A stretch of DNA of 64,000 nt from a bacterium (GCA_965216315.1 CBDCFN010000016.1:1632001-1696000); one strand, 5' to 3'; positions 10,496 to 20,682 are shown, counted from the first letter of the stretch. The notes: generated by a model from the letters alone, not told the origin. Numbers and translations: made by a program.

Positions 10496-12502
10496 ATGGA
10501 AGCGTGGATTCAATGGGCACCTATAATCGGTGTCATCGGGTTGGTGACGGCAGGACTACTCTACGTAGGACTCAAACGTCACTCGGTAGGAACAGAACGA
10601 ATGGAAGAACTGGCGGAGCAGATTCATAAAGGCGCCATGGTCTTTCTCAAACGAGAGTACATGATCTTGGTGTTCTTTATTATACTCGTCGGGCTGCTCT
10701 TGGGCTTTTATATATCGCGGAACACAGGATTCGCCTTCTTAGCGGGCGCCATCTCCTCAATGCTGGCCGGTTTTATCGGCATGAAAGCCGCCACGCGAGC
10801 CAATGTCAGGACGACCGCCGCAGCCAACCAGGACGGGACAGCCTCCGCCCTCAACGTGGCTTTCTTTGGCGGTTCGGTCATGGGACTCTCAGTTGCCGCT
10901 CTGGGCCTGATTGGATTAGGCGTCTCTTTTTACTTGTACCGACTTGGTTATATCCAGGCCGCCGAAATCAATGGTTTTGCCATGGGCGCCTCTTCAATCG
11001 CCCTCTTCGCCCGCGTCGGTGGCGGGATTTATACCAAAGCCGCTGATGTCGGTGCCGACCTCGTCGGTAAGGTTGAAGCCGGCATCCCCGAAGATGATCC
11101 ACGCAACCCGGCTACCATTGCCGATAACGTCGGTGATAATGTCGGCGATATCGCCGGCATGGGCGCAGATATCTTTGAATCTTACGTCGGCTCGGTTATT
11201 GCAGCGATTGCCATTGCCTCTACCGGCGCCGCCTACGCATCATTAAAACTGGCCTATATGACCTTCCCCTTAGCCCTCGTCATGATCGGCTTGGTCGCTT
11301 CGATCATCGGTGTCCTCTCTATGAAGGTTCTTCGAGGATTGGGACCGGAAGCTGCGATCCGCTATGTGCCCTTAGCGCCACTCATAGGTTTCCTAGTTGG
11401 TGCTTACTTCCTCGCGGACGCGTTGGGGATTCCTCAGGGAACGGTCGTCGCCGTTGTCTCCGGTTCCGTTGCGGGAGCGTTGATCGGTCTCGTCACTGAG
11501 TACTACACCTCGGCAAAACCGATTCGTGACATCGCTGCGGCCTCTCAAACAGGTCCGGCCACGACCATCATTTCCGGAATTGGCGTAGGCATGAAGAGTT
11601 GCGTGCTCCCGATTTTGATAATCTGTATTGCGATTTACTTAGGTTACACCTACGCGGGCCTCTACGGAATTGCCATTTCGGCTGTGGGCATGTTGGCCAC
11701 AGTTGGTGTCACGATGTCAGTCGATGCTTACGGTCCAATTGCTGATAATGCAGGTGGTATTTCAGAAATGGCCGAGCTTGGCCCCGAAACACGTAAAATT
11801 ACGGACGGTCTTGACGCTCTCGGCAACACGACTGCTGCCATCGGTAAAGGCTTTGCCATTGGCTCTGCGGCACTGACCGCCTTGGCCCTGTTCTCTGCCT
11901 ACGCTTCAGCCGTTGGACTGAGCACTTCGGGAATTAACATCATGGACCCGCGCGTCGTCATCGGCCTCATGGTCGGCGGTGTTCTGCCCTTCTTGATTGC
12001 CGCGCTGACCATGGATTCAGTCGGTAAAGCCGCCTATGCAATGGTTGAAGAAGTCCGGCGCCAGTTCAAAGAGATCAAAGGACTCATGGAAGGAAAGGCC
12101 AAACCCGACACGGAACGTTGTGTCGACATTTCCACCAGTGCCGCACTGAAGGAAATGATTCTCCCTGGCATCAGCGCAATCCTCGGACCTATCTTGGTCG
12201 GTGTCCTCCTCGGCAAAGAAGCCGTTGGGGGCTTACTCGCCGGCGCAACGGTTACCGGTGTATTGCTTGCCCTGTTCATGGCGAATTCAGGCGGTGCCTG
12301 GGATAATGCCAAGAAGTACATCGAAGGCGGTGCTCATGGCGGTAAAGGATCCGATCCGCATAAAGCCGCCGTCGTTGGTGACACCGTCGGTGATCCTTTT
12401 AAGGATACCAGCGGACCTTCAATGAATATCCTGATCAAGTTGATGAGTGTTGTCAGTCTCGTGTTGGCACCACTCTTTGCAACCCTGACACCGTTGCTGT
12501 AA
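10496..12502 (+). CDS. hppA: Membrane-bound cation-translocating pyrophosphatase, K+-dependent type
   Basis: [35 protein letters not shown] (Ala variant marks K+-dependent enzymes), [14 protein letters not shown]. Confidence 0.95.
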   Translation: MEAWIQWAPIIGVIGLVTAGLLYVGLKRHSVGTERMEELAEQIHKGAMVFLKREYMILVFFIILVGLLLGFYISRNTGFAFLAGAISSMLAGFIGMKAATRANVRTTAAANQDGTASALNVAFFGGSVMGLSVAALGLIGLGVSFYLYRLGYIQAAEINGFAMGASSIALFARVGGGIYTKAADVGADLVGKVEAGIPEDDPRNPATIADNVGDNVGDIAGMGADIFESYVGSVIAAIAIASTGAAYASLKLAYMTFPLALVMIGLVASIIGVLSMKVLRGLGPEAAIRYVPLAPLIGFLVGAYFLADALGIPQGTVVAVVSGSVAGALIGLVTEYYTSAKPIRDIAAASQTGPATTIISGIGVGMKSCVLPILIICIAIYLGYTYAGLYGIAISAVGMLATVGVTMSVDAYGPIADNAGGISEMAELGPETRKITDGLDALGNTTAAIGKGFAIGSAALTALALFSAYASAVGLSTSGINIMDPRVVIGLMVGGVLPFLIAALTMDSVGKAAYAMVEEVRRQFKEIKGLMEGKAKPDTERCVDISTSAALKEMILPGISAILGPILVGVLLGKEAVGGLLAGATVTGVLLALFMANSGGAWDNAKKYIEGGAHGGKGSDPHKAAVVGDTVGDPFKDTSGPSMNILIKLMSVVSLVLAPLFATLTPLL

Positions 12503-12509
12503 TTTTATT

Positions 12510-12537
12510 GTAGGGGCGACCGGCCGGTCGCCCCTAC
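12510..12537. repeat. GTAG-type REP-like perfect palindrome between convergent genes
   Basis: GTAGGGGCGACCGGCCGGTCGCCCCTAC, 28-bp perfect palindrome overlapping the stop of the permease gene. Confidence 0.7.
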
Positions 12538-13835
12538 TTCCGTTTACGGTGAAAACTGTACAAAACAACCCCAACCGCCAACAAGCCTGCCGCTCTTAGA
12601 TAAGCCCCGGTCGAAAACTGCGCAGCCATATAGAGCGTGATAACGGTGCCAAGAATGGGAACCGGCAAGGGTACCTTAAAGAATGATCTGGCCGGGTTGT
12701 CCGGGTAGACCTTTTTAACTTTTACGGCAATCAGCGACACATTCACCAGACAAAATGCCAACAAGATAATGACATTCGTTGACTCGGCAAGAACCTTTAA
12801 AAACCCAGTGAGTGCAAAAGCCATGGCGAGCAGACCCGCAACCAACACCCCCGTCGTTGGTGTTTGGCGACGCGCATGAACGCGGCCAAAGCCATCGGGA
12901 ATCCAACCCGAACGCGCCATCCCGTACAAGATACGCGAACACATAATCATATTAAAGAGTGCGCTGTTAAAGACCGCAAACAGGGCAATGCCACTGAGCC
13001 ACTTGGTGGAGAAAAACGGTAGGAGTCGTTCAGCCACGATCGCGAGCGGCACCTCCGATCTCGCTAACTCAATAGGCGAAGCCACTGAAACAACCGTCAA
13101 TCCGACACCAATATAAACAATAGTTGAAATGATCACCGCTAAGATAATGGCACGAGGAATCGTTCGTTCAGGTTGAATGACCTCTTCGGCAACGTTACAA
13201 ATATCCTCAAACCCTATATACGCATAGAAGGCCAAGGCCGCCCCGGTAACAATGAGGCCGCTCGGATTGCCATGCAAAGTGCCAGTACTGGTGTCAAAGT
13301 AATCAACACTTCCCCACTTGGGGAGGGCATAGATTACAAGGACGATCAAGGCCCCTACCGAAACTACCGTGCAAAGAACATTCACCCAGGTCGCTTCTCG
13401 AATGCCGCGGTGATTCAATCCCGTAATAAGCGATAAGAAAATCAGAATAATCGACCAACGTGGGAGATCGATAAATTGCGCGAAGTACCCTGCAAAGCCA
13501 TGACTTAAGGCTGCTGTCGATGCAATGCCACTGGCGAGGATTAAGAAGCCAACGATAAACGAAAGGGTCCCACTCTTAAAGGCGCGATTTGCGTAAACCG
13601 CCTCCCCTGCCGATTTCGGATAGCGACTCGCCAGTTCCGCGTAGGAAAGGCCGGTTGGCAACGCCGCACAGGCCGAGGCCACGAAAACAATCCACACCGC
13701 ATTACCGGCGACCCCTGCAATCTTACCAACCAACACGTAAATGCCCGCACCGATGATAACACCGACTCCGTATAATGTAAGGGTTGTCGTCTTCAGATGA
13801 CGCCGCAGGCTTGGGGCTTGTATCTCCCGACTCAT
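12534..13835 (-). CDS. APC-family amino acid permease
   Basis: GVIIGAGIY, SYAELASRYP, FYAYIGFE, about 12 hydrophobic segments. Confidence 0.9.
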   Translation of the reverse strand: MSREIQAPSLRRHLKTTTLTLYGVGVIIGAGIYVLVGKIAGVAGNAVWIVFVASACAALPTGLSYAELASRYPKSAGEAVYANRAFKSGTLSFIVGFLILASGIASTAALSHGFAGYFAQFIDLPRWSIILIFLSLITGLNHRGIREATWVNVLCTVVSVGALIVLVIYALPKWGSVDYFDTSTGTLHGNPSGLIVTGAALAFYAYIGFEDICNVAEEVIQPERTIPRAIILAVIISTIVYIGVGLTVVSVASPIELARSEVPLAIVAERLLPFFSTKWLSGIALFAVFNSALFNMIMCSRILYGMARSGWIPDGFGRVHARRQTPTTGVLVAGLLAMAFALTGFLKVLAESTNVIILLAFCLVNVSLIAVKVKKVYPDNPARSFFKVPLPVPILGTVITLYMAAQFSTGAYLRAAGLLAVGVVLYSFHRKRK

Positions 13836-13865
13836 TGCGCTAGACCCTATCTCAGGAGGAAAGCA

Positions 13866-14288
13866 ATGTCGATTGAACAAATTACCCCTACGATTGCTAA
13901 AGAAATGCTCGATAAAGATGCGGACACCATCTACTTAGACGTCCGTTCCATCCCTGAATTTACTCAAGGTCACGCTGAAGGAGCCATTAATATCCCTCTC
14001 CTCCACCTCAATGAACAAAGTGGCACGATGGAGCCCAACCAAGACTTCGCCAAGGTCGCCCAGGCCGTTCTTCCTCCGGAAAAAACTTACGTCGTTGGTT
14101 GCAAAATGGGAGGCCGCTCCCAAAAGGCCTGCGAACTGCTCACTATGCTGGGTTACCAGAATCTATTCAACATCGATGGCGGATTTGTCGGCAATGATCA
14201 TCAGCCCGGTTGGCAAGCCGAGGGGCTTCCAACCAGCACCGATAACGGCGAGGGCGTCAGTTACGAATCCTTAGCTGCTAAGGCATAA
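13866..14288 (+). CDS. Rhodanese-like domain protein
   Basis: YLDVRS..EF..GH..GAINIP, CKMGGRS active loop, SD AGGAGG. Confidence 0.9.
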   Translation: MSIEQITPTIAKEMLDKDADTIYLDVRSIPEFTQGHAEGAINIPLLHLNEQSGTMEPNQDFAKVAQAVLPPEKTYVVGCKMGGRSQKACELLTMLGYQNLFNIDGGFVGNDHQPGWQAEGLPTSTDNGEGVSYESLAAKA

Positions 14289-14350
14289 GGAGGAAAACTA
14301 GACTCTCGCCTTGACAGGCCTTCTTGGTTTATAATACAGCGCCTAAGCTT

Positions 14351-14647
14351 ATGAGAACACTTCGTCGCCATCGATGGATCGCAGCACTGAGCGTCGCCAG
14401 TCTTTTGTGCTTGAGCCTTATCACGGGCTTCCATCATCATGATCATGACGACACCTCCGCCCATGAGGCCACTCAAGACTGTACGGTCTGCCTCGCAGCA
14501 TCTCAGTTAAGCACGGATACAAAAGTCGGCACGCTCCGTATTGAAACAGCGCCCCCTCATTTCTACTATCTCGTTACAAGTCACAACCATGCGGTAAGCC
14601 GTCTTCAACAAAGTCCCTTTAATTCCCGCGCTCCTCCTCACGCCTAA
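14351..14647 (+). CDS. DUF2946/CutF/CruR-like leader protein (signal/TM segment, His cluster, CxxC, C-terminal RAPP)
   Basis: HHHDHDD, CTVC, ends NSRAPPHA; first gene of a metal uptake operon. Confidence 0.75.
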   Translation: MRTLRRHRWIAALSVASLLCLSLITGFHHHDHDDTSAHEATQDCTVCLAASQLSTDTKVGTLRIETAPPHFYYLVTSHNHAVSRLQQSPFNSRAPPHA

Positions 14648-14739
14648 GTTCACTCACAACTTAGGTTAATCAAACAATCATTCAAGCAATGGGTTTTGCC
14701 CGTATTCAACTGCGCACGCACCCATTTGAGGAGCTTCAT

Positions 14740-15510
14740 ATGTTTAAGCATTTTTTACGTCTCTTATTTATTGCCACTTGTACTTGTACTTGCGCGGCAA
14801 TGATGTCCTGTGCCTCAGGCCAGGGCGGCACGGGAAACACCACTAACAATACGAGCACAGGTACGGCAGCACTTTCTCTACAGTTAGAAGAAGGCGCCAC
14901 CGGCCTCAGCCAGAACAACTACCAACTAGATTTCACGACCTTCGCGTTGGCTTTCTCCAAGATCACTCTCGGGGATCAGGAGGTTACAGAGAGCTTCACC
15001 GCCGATTTCTTCGACGAAGAAATCACCGACGTCATCGAGATGGAAGACGTCCCGACCGGCGAATATAATACGGCAACGCTTACCTTGGGCACCGCCAGTG
15101 GGCTCAGCGGCGCGGCCGCGCTCGTGGCCCACAATCTTCAGGCGGCCACTGTGGGAAGCGATGTCACCTCCAGCTTAAATGGCTTATCGGTACTGATCAT
15201 CGCGGATGCCCAAAACGGTGCGGACACTTGTACGCTGCGAGTAGAACTCGTCAGCGATGCGACGATTACTGTCGGTAATGATGCTGCCGCTGATATTGAT
15301 GTTGGCGCCAACGAAGAAACCGAAGTCCTTGTCGCCGTCGACCCGGATGCCATTTTCGGAACCATCACAGTCCCCGCCACTTGCTCAGGTGATGCGACGG
15401 TGACTATTTCGGCTACTGAAAATGCAGCCCTGGGAACGACACTACTGAGCAACCTCAAAACGGCCTTTGAACTTGAAAGTACAGATGGCCATTCCCACTC
15501 ACACGATTAA
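14740..15510 (+). CDS. Lipoprotein with C-terminal His motif, putative metal-binding
   Basis: SD GAGGAG, signal peptide ending in Cys (MMSC), C-terminus DGHSHSHD. Confidence 0.65.
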   Translation: MFKHFLRLLFIATCTCTCAAMMSCASGQGGTGNTTNNTSTGTAALSLQLEEGATGLSQNNYQLDFTTFALAFSKITLGDQEVTESFTADFFDEEITDVIEMEDVPTGEYNTATLTLGTASGLSGAAALVAHNLQAATVGSDVTSSLNGLSVLIIADAQNGADTCTLRVELVSDATITVGNDAAADIDVGANEETEVLVAVDPDAIFGTITVPATCSGDATVTISATENAALGTTLLSNLKTAFELESTDGHSHSHD

Positions 15511-15525
15511 ACGAGGAGGCTCAAG

Positions 15526-16680
15526 ATGAAACGACTCTGCGCAATTTTCGTCATCGGGGGGCTCCTTTGGAGCCCCTCCATCACCGCAAAGGCCTCCGAC
15601 TCGCTCGATGCCGAGATTCAACAAATCGAGCAAGGCTTAAGTTCCCGGCCCGGCAGCGGAACGACACGCTATCTCGGCCCGGTTGCCTATAATACGCCTG
15701 CAACCGGCCTCTATAAATTGCTTCCCGACATTAGCTTGATCGGAACTTTTGCAGGCGCCTACTTCACACAAGACCCGACGGGCGAAACCGGACATGATCC
15801 GGGACGGACGGGTTTTACGCTTCAAGAGATCGAAGTGGCGTTTCAGTCCTACATCGATCCCTACTTTCGAGCGGATATCTTTCTAGCGTTCACCGAGTTC
15901 GGCGTGGAACTCGAGGAAGGTTTTGCAACCACACTAGGACTCGTCAAAGGCCTGCAAATTCGCGCCGGAAAAATGTTGTTGCCCTTTGGGCGTCAGAATC
16001 CGAAGCACCTAGAAATGTGGAGTTTCGCCGACAATATGTTGGCTAACAAACTCCTCTTGGGGGCTGAAGGCCTGGCAGAAATCGGTATGGAAATCGCTTA
16101 TACGTTTCCGATTCCGTTTTTCCTCCAATTACAAGGAAGCTTCACCAATGGAGACAACGAAACAAGTTTTGGCGGCAACCGGAAAGAAGACTTCCTCTAT
16201 CAGGGCCGTGTCTCCAGCAGCTTTGATCTTAACGAAGACCTAACTTTACTCATCGGTGGCTCTACGGCCTTCGGATTTAACGACACCGGTCCGGGAAACC
16301 GTACGAATCTCTTTGGTGGCGACCTTTACCTGAAATGGAAACCCTCGGCCTCTAAGGCGGTCTCCTGGCAGAGCGAGTATATCTACCGCAAAATGGAATT
16401 CCCCGGTGTTACGCGCACCGACGGTGGCCTCTATTCTTTCGTGGATGTGCAATTCGCCAAACGTTGGCATGCCGGTGTTCGACTCGATCAGATGGGATTC
16501 CCGGCGGGACAATTTCAGCGTCGCACTCGGGTCACGCCGGCCTTGACCTTCAACCCATCGGAGTTCTCTCGAATCCGGGTCCAATACGAATGGGATAAAG
16601 AACGCTTTCAGTCGAGCGAACATGCCGCTATCGTGCAGTTACAATTCAGCATGGGCCCCCACGGGGCTCATCCGTTTTAA
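15526..16680 (+). CDS. Outer-membrane beta-barrel associated with Zn/Mn ABC uptake operons
   Basis: Signal peptide, LQEIEVAFQSYIDPYFRAD, amphipathic strands, C-terminus GPHGAHPF. Confidence 0.7.
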   Translation: MKRLCAIFVIGGLLWSPSITAKASDSLDAEIQQIEQGLSSRPGSGTTRYLGPVAYNTPATGLYKLLPDISLIGTFAGAYFTQDPTGETGHDPGRTGFTLQEIEVAFQSYIDPYFRADIFLAFTEFGVELEEGFATTLGLVKGLQIRAGKMLLPFGRQNPKHLEMWSFADNMLANKLLLGAEGLAEIGMEIAYTFPIPFFLQLQGSFTNGDNETSFGGNRKEDFLYQGRVSSSFDLNEDLTLLIGGSTAFGFNDTGPGNRTNLFGGDLYLKWKPSASKAVSWQSEYIYRKMEFPGVTRTDGGLYSFVDVQFAKRWHAGVRLDQMGFPAGQFQRRTRVTPALTFNPSEFSRIRVQYEWDKERFQSSEHAAIVQLQFSMGPHGAHPF

Positions 16681-16691
16681 AGGAGCTGACC

Positions 16692-17585
16692 ATGAAAAAA
16701 TTATTACCCCTCTTACTATTGTGTTTTGTTACTACGGCGCAGGCCGCCGACCGGGTCAAAGTCGTCACGACCTTACCGGTCTTCGCCTCAATTGCTCAAG
16801 AAATCGGTGGTGAGCGTATTGACATTGACTCGTTGGCGCCGCCCAACAAAGATCCGCATTTTCTTGATGCCAAACCTTCCTACGTCGTCAAACTAAATCG
16901 CGCCGACGTCTTGATAGAAGGCGGAATGGGTCTCGAAAACGGTTGGCTCCCTCCCATACTTATGCAGGCCCGTAATGCCAAGGTCATGCCAGGCCGGGCC
17001 GGCTACGTGAATCTCGCGACCGGAATAGCACCACTTGAAATTCCCACGGCCGCCGGACGCGCCTTAGGAGATGTTCATCCGGCTGGAAATCCTCATACCT
17101 GGTTGGATCCCCGCAATATCAAGATCATGGCCGTCAACATCCAGAAACATTTGATTGAAGTTGATCCTGCGGGACGGGCTCACTATCAAGCCAATCTCCG
17201 CGCCTTTCTACAACGTCTCAACGACAAGATCAGCGATTGGGAAAAGCGTGGCCGCCAACTCAAAGGAGTCGCCGTACTCACTTATCATAAGAGTTTGAGC
17301 TATTTTTCGAAGTGGATCGGCATTACAATTGTCGATACCATCGAACCACGCCCAGGTATTCCACCGAGTTCGCGACGCGCCGACAAACTCCTACAAAAAA
17401 TCCCGTCTTGGCAGATCAAAGCGGTTATCGCCGAGCCCTTTTACCCAAAAAAACTCCCGCGCTATATCGCGGAAAAAGGCGGCATCCCGCTTTTAATTGT
17501 TGAGACCGATACCGGGGACCAAGGGATTCACAACTACTTTGACTTGATGGATCGCTTGATCGATCAACTCATCCAGGTCCTGTAA
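16692..17585 (+). CDS. Metal ABC transporter substrate-binding protein (ZnuA/TroA family)
   Basis: DPH, GNPHTWLDP, TYH metal-ligand motifs; signal peptide. Confidence 0.9.
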   Translation: MKKLLPLLLLCFVTTAQAADRVKVVTTLPVFASIAQEIGGERIDIDSLAPPNKDPHFLDAKPSYVVKLNRADVLIEGGMGLENGWLPPILMQARNAKVMPGRAGYVNLATGIAPLEIPTAAGRALGDVHPAGNPHTWLDPRNIKIMAVNIQKHLIEVDPAGRAHYQANLRAFLQRLNDKISDWEKRGRQLKGVAVLTYHKSLSYFSKWIGITIVDTIEPRPGIPPSSRRADKLLQKIPSWQIKAVIAEPFYPKKLPRYIAEKGGIPLLIVETDTGDQGIHNYFDLMDRLIDQLIQVL

Positions 17586-18290
17586 ATGAGTCAGACCATA
17601 CTGGAATTGAAAAACTTTCGAGTCGGTTACGGCAACCAAGCGGTCACACCACCGATCGATCTGCAGCTTCCCGCCGGAATTCGTTGTGGTATTATTGGTC
17701 CTAACGGTTGTGGTAAAAGTACCCTGCTGCGCACCTTACTCGGTCTGATGCCGCCAGTCACCGGATCACTGCACTGGCACCGAACCGTTCGCTTTGGCTA
17801 CGTCCCGCAACAAAGCCGCATTGATCCGCTTTTTCCTTTAACGGTCGATGACTACCTCAAAATGGGACAGATGGGCCCACCGAACCTCCAAGCGTCGATT
17901 AACGAGCTGGAGCAAATCACGCAAGCTTTAGAAATGGCTCCTCTGAAAACGCGACTTGTCCGCGATCTCTCTGGCGGCGAGCGTCAACGGGTCTTACTGG
18001 CTCGTGCACTGGAACAAAACCCTGAGGTCCTCGCCTTTGATGAAGCCTGGAGTTCACTCGACATCGTTTTCAAAGCAAAGATCCAAGCTTTGCTGGAAAA
18101 CTTGCGACCCACTGGCTCTTTTACCGTATTTCTCGTCGAGCACGATCTCCACCGCATCGCTCCGTTAACAGATTGGCTCATCCTCATCGGTTCCGAACAA
18201 GTCGTCTGCGGACCCAAACAAGAGATTCTGACTCAAGATAAACTTCGTGCTGCCTTTGGCCACGAACTGCCAGGGGAGGCTTCCAAATGA
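17586..18290 (+). CDS. Metal ABC transporter ATPase (ZnuC-like)
   Basis: GPNGCGKST, LSGGERQRV, FDE, EHD. Confidence 0.9.
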   Translation: MSQTILELKNFRVGYGNQAVTPPIDLQLPAGIRCGIIGPNGCGKSTLLRTLLGLMPPVTGSLHWHRTVRFGYVPQQSRIDPLFPLTVDDYLKMGQMGPPNLQASINELEQITQALEMAPLKTRLVRDLSGGERQRVLLARALEQNPEVLAFDEAWSSLDIVFKAKIQALLENLRPTGSFTVFLVEHDLHRIAPLTDWLILIGSEQVVCGPKQEILTQDKLRAAFGHELPGEASK

Positions 18291-19225
18291 ATCTGCCTCG
18301 GCTTGGCTACTATGTCTTATTCACCTTAGTCATGCTCACGGCAGCGACGGCCTGGCAATGGTCTGACGCCATTCGCTTCGCCCAAGTGCCTCAGTTGTGG
18401 TGGGAACCTATCGCAGCGGGAATCTTGACCGGCTGGCTCAGCGCGCTCTTGGGGGCCTACTTGGTCCTGAATCGGGTCGCCTTTCTCGGCCTCGCCGTCT
18501 CCCAAGGCGCTGGCCTCGGGATTTTCTTAGTGTTCTTAATTGGGGGTTGGCTCGGCTGGGCGGTCGAACCGACGCTTTGGCCAGTCCTCGGTGGTATTGT
18601 CCTCGCCACCGGTACGGCTGGCCTCTTCGCTTGGTTGCGCGGACGCCCCCATATCTCAGAAGAGGCGATCACCGGTCTACTATACGTGGTCGCCGCCGGA
18701 CTCACGATCATGATCGGAGATCGTCTCAGTCACGGTCATCACGAGATTGATGACTTTCTACTCGGAAATGCCGTTGCCGTGTTGCGCCGTGATCTCATCA
18801 CAATTGCCACGGTCACAATAACCTTGAGTGGGATCCACTTCGCTGCAAAAAAATATTTTATTTATTGCTCGGCTGACGAAGAGTTCATGCGGAGTCGGGG
18901 AATCCCGACCCGCCGTTGGCTTGGATTACTGTTCGTGACACTAACCATTGGCATCACCTTTGCCGTCAAAACCTTAGGGCTCCTGCCAGTCTTCGCCTTA
19001 CTGCTCATCCCGGCCTTTATTGGACTGAAAGGGGCACGGAATATGTTGGACGCCTTTAGTGTCGCCCTCTTTATCGGCGCAGTCTGCCCGCCATTGGGCT
19101 ATTATTTTTCGTTCTTATTCGCTTTTCCAACCGGGGCCACAATTATCTTTGTGAGTGGACTTTATTTGCTGTTCAGCTGCTTGAAGTTTAGGCCCGTCTT
19201 CGCCCAAGCAGTTAGAGAGAGATGA
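18287..19225 (+). CDS. Metal ABC transporter permease (ZnuB-like)
   Basis: ABC-3 permease pattern, PTGATII, multiple TM segments, ATGA overlap with the ATPase gene. Confidence 0.85.
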   Translation: MNLPRLGYYVLFTLVMLTAATAWQWSDAIRFAQVPQLWWEPIAAGILTGWLSALLGAYLVLNRVAFLGLAVSQGAGLGIFLVFLIGGWLGWAVEPTLWPVLGGIVLATGTAGLFAWLRGRPHISEEAITGLLYVVAAGLTIMIGDRLSHGHHEIDDFLLGNAVAVLRRDLITIATVTITLSGIHFAAKKYFIYCSADEEFMRSRGIPTRRWLGLLFVTLTIGITFAVKTLGLLPVFALLLIPAFIGLKGARNMLDAFSVALFIGAVCPPLGYYFSFLFAFPTGATIIFVSGLYLLFSCLKFRPVFAQAVRER

Positions 19226-19502
19226 CAAACGGAGGTACACGCGGTGCAAAATCGAGTAGTGGTTGGCGGGGAGTAAGAGATTCTGTTTCCGGAACGTCGG
19301 AATCAATTGACTCCAATGAAATCGGAATGGTGCTCGGCTCAACCGCGTCGAATGTATTGAGGTCCTGACCGGCATGACAAACCGAACAAGGAACTTCTTT
19401 GGCAGCCGCATGCGCTTCATGCGCATGGAAAACTAAAACGAGCTGACTGCACAATACCGCAGCAGCAACGAATATAGCCCATTTTTTACTAACCTTACCC
19501 AT
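19212..19502 (-). CDS. Second DUF2946-like protein (TM segment, HAHEAH, CxxCH, C-terminal RVPP)
   Basis: MGKVSKKW-hydrophobic-HAHEAH..CSVCH..APRVPPF; same layout as 14351..14647. Confidence 0.6.
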   Translation of the reverse strand: MGKVSKKWAIFVAAAVLCSQLVLVFHAHEAHAAAKEVPCSVCHAGQDLNTFDAVEPSTIPISLESIDSDVPETESLTPRQPLLDFAPRVPPFVISL

Positions 19503-19536
19503 TGGAGCGGGCTTATTCTCTAGAAAAGGAAAGAAG

Positions 19537-20028
19537 TCAAGCGTCGTCTTTGGCTTCTTCGGCAGGTGCCTCTTCTTTTGGCTTTTCTTGGGGCTCTTCT
19601 TTCGCAGCTTCAGCGGGATTTTCTTCGGCTTTCTCTTCCGCAGGCGCCTCTTCCGGCTTGGCCTCCTCCTTGGGAGCTGCTTCGGCCTTTGCCTCTTCCG
19701 CGGGGGTTTCCTCTGCCGGCGCTTCAACTGCAGGAGCCGCCTCTTCCGCTGGCTTCTCGGGCTCCGGTTCCTTGACCTTAATCTTGCCCGCAGCAACCAG
19801 CTTGGCCTTCAATTTTTTGAGTTTCGGAGACAGCTTCTTTTCTTCACGATCGGTAAGAAACTTTGTAATCCCGCCCGCCTCGTCCAAAGCCTTGAGCCCT
19901 GCCACTGAAATTTGCAGGCGAACCGTCTTTTTCAGCTCAGGCACCTCAATCTTGCGTCTGAGCAGATCCGGACGCTTCTGGCCCTCAGGTGTCTGGTCCT
20001 TTTTGAGTGTAATTTCACAAAGATTCAT
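19537..20028 (-). CDS. Divergent ribosomal protein bL28-like protein with Glu/Ala/Pro-rich tail
   Basis: CEIT..K, RLQISVAGLKALDEAGGITKFL..LSPKLKKLK match long-type L28; the GNNVSH..TKRRF loop is absent. Confidence 0.65.
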   Translation of the reverse strand: MNLCEITLKKDQTPEGQKRPDLLRRKIEVPELKKTVRLQISVAGLKALDEAGGITKFLTDREEKKLSPKLKKLKAKLVAAGKIKVKEPEPEKPAEEAAPAVEAPAEETPAEEAKAEAAPKEEAKPEEAPAEEKAEENPAEAAKEEPQEKPKEEAPAEEAKDDA

Positions 20029-20082
20029 GGCGCTATCACTTAATATCTATGCCTACTCGACGCAACTAAAAAATAGCCTGCA

Positions 20083-20682
20083 TTAAAACGAGCTTCCAGG
20101 CTGACTGAGGAATTCTTCCTCAGCAGGGGTTGTTTCGCGACCAAGGATCTTGTTGCGATGGGGAAAACGGCCATAGCTCTCGATAATCTCAAAATGGCGC
20201 ACGGCGAATTCATAGGCACTTTCCAAGGCCTGATGGATCTCAGGTAACTCTGCAGATTCATCGGACAAACGTCGATAGGTCTCAACGGAGCGCTGCTGCA
20301 TGATCAAGCTCTCAGAATGCATCATCGGCATGTAAAAAAACCATCTCTCGACCATGTTTAATTGATCTGCAAAACCTTGTTCCTGACCGGAAACAGAGGT
20401 CGCTAATGCGAGTTCATCATAAAAAAACATGCTTTGCGTATCCCGATAGATATTCCGGGAAAACTGGTCGGTTAGGATGATAAAGGCCAAACAACTCTTC
20501 GCGGCATTTTTCCAACTATCCAACTGGCCACTCGCGGCCGCGGCGAGATCATCCTCAAATGATATCTTAATTTGAAGATCTAACTCTGGATCCTTCGTCC
20601 ACCACATCTTGACGTTCTTGAGCGGTTGCTGTTCATCCGTACCAAACCAAAAATCAAGAATCTCTTGAGAACGGCTCATCAC
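20083..20682 (-). CDS. DUF924 family protein
   Basis: EILDFWF, DQFSRNIYR, FFYMPMMHSE, GRFPHRN..LGR. Confidence 0.9.
   Translation of the reverse strand: MMSRSQEILDFWFGTDEQQPLKNVKMWWTKDPELDLQIKISFEDDLAAAASGQLDSWKNAAKSCLAFIILTDQFSRNIYRDTQSMFFYDELALATSVSGQEQGFADQLNMVERWFFYMPMMHSESLIMQQRSVETYRRLSDESAELPEIHQALESAYEFAVRHFEIIESYGRFPHRNKILGRETTPAEEEFLSQPGSSF

Noticed and set aside
14311..14335. Perfect TTGACA and TATAAT hexamers before the RAPP leader
   Set aside because: The spacer is only 13 nt, so they cannot act together as a standard sigma-70 promoter; a promoter probably exists here but its boxes cannot be fixed
19212..19796. 194-aa Arg/Lys-rich ORF
   Set aside because: Its first half is an alternative frame of the L28-like acidic tail; only the part from ATG 19502 looks like a real protein
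19502..20086. Ser/Ala-rich plus-strand ORF
   Set aside because: Antisense shadow of the low-complexity E/A/P/K tail
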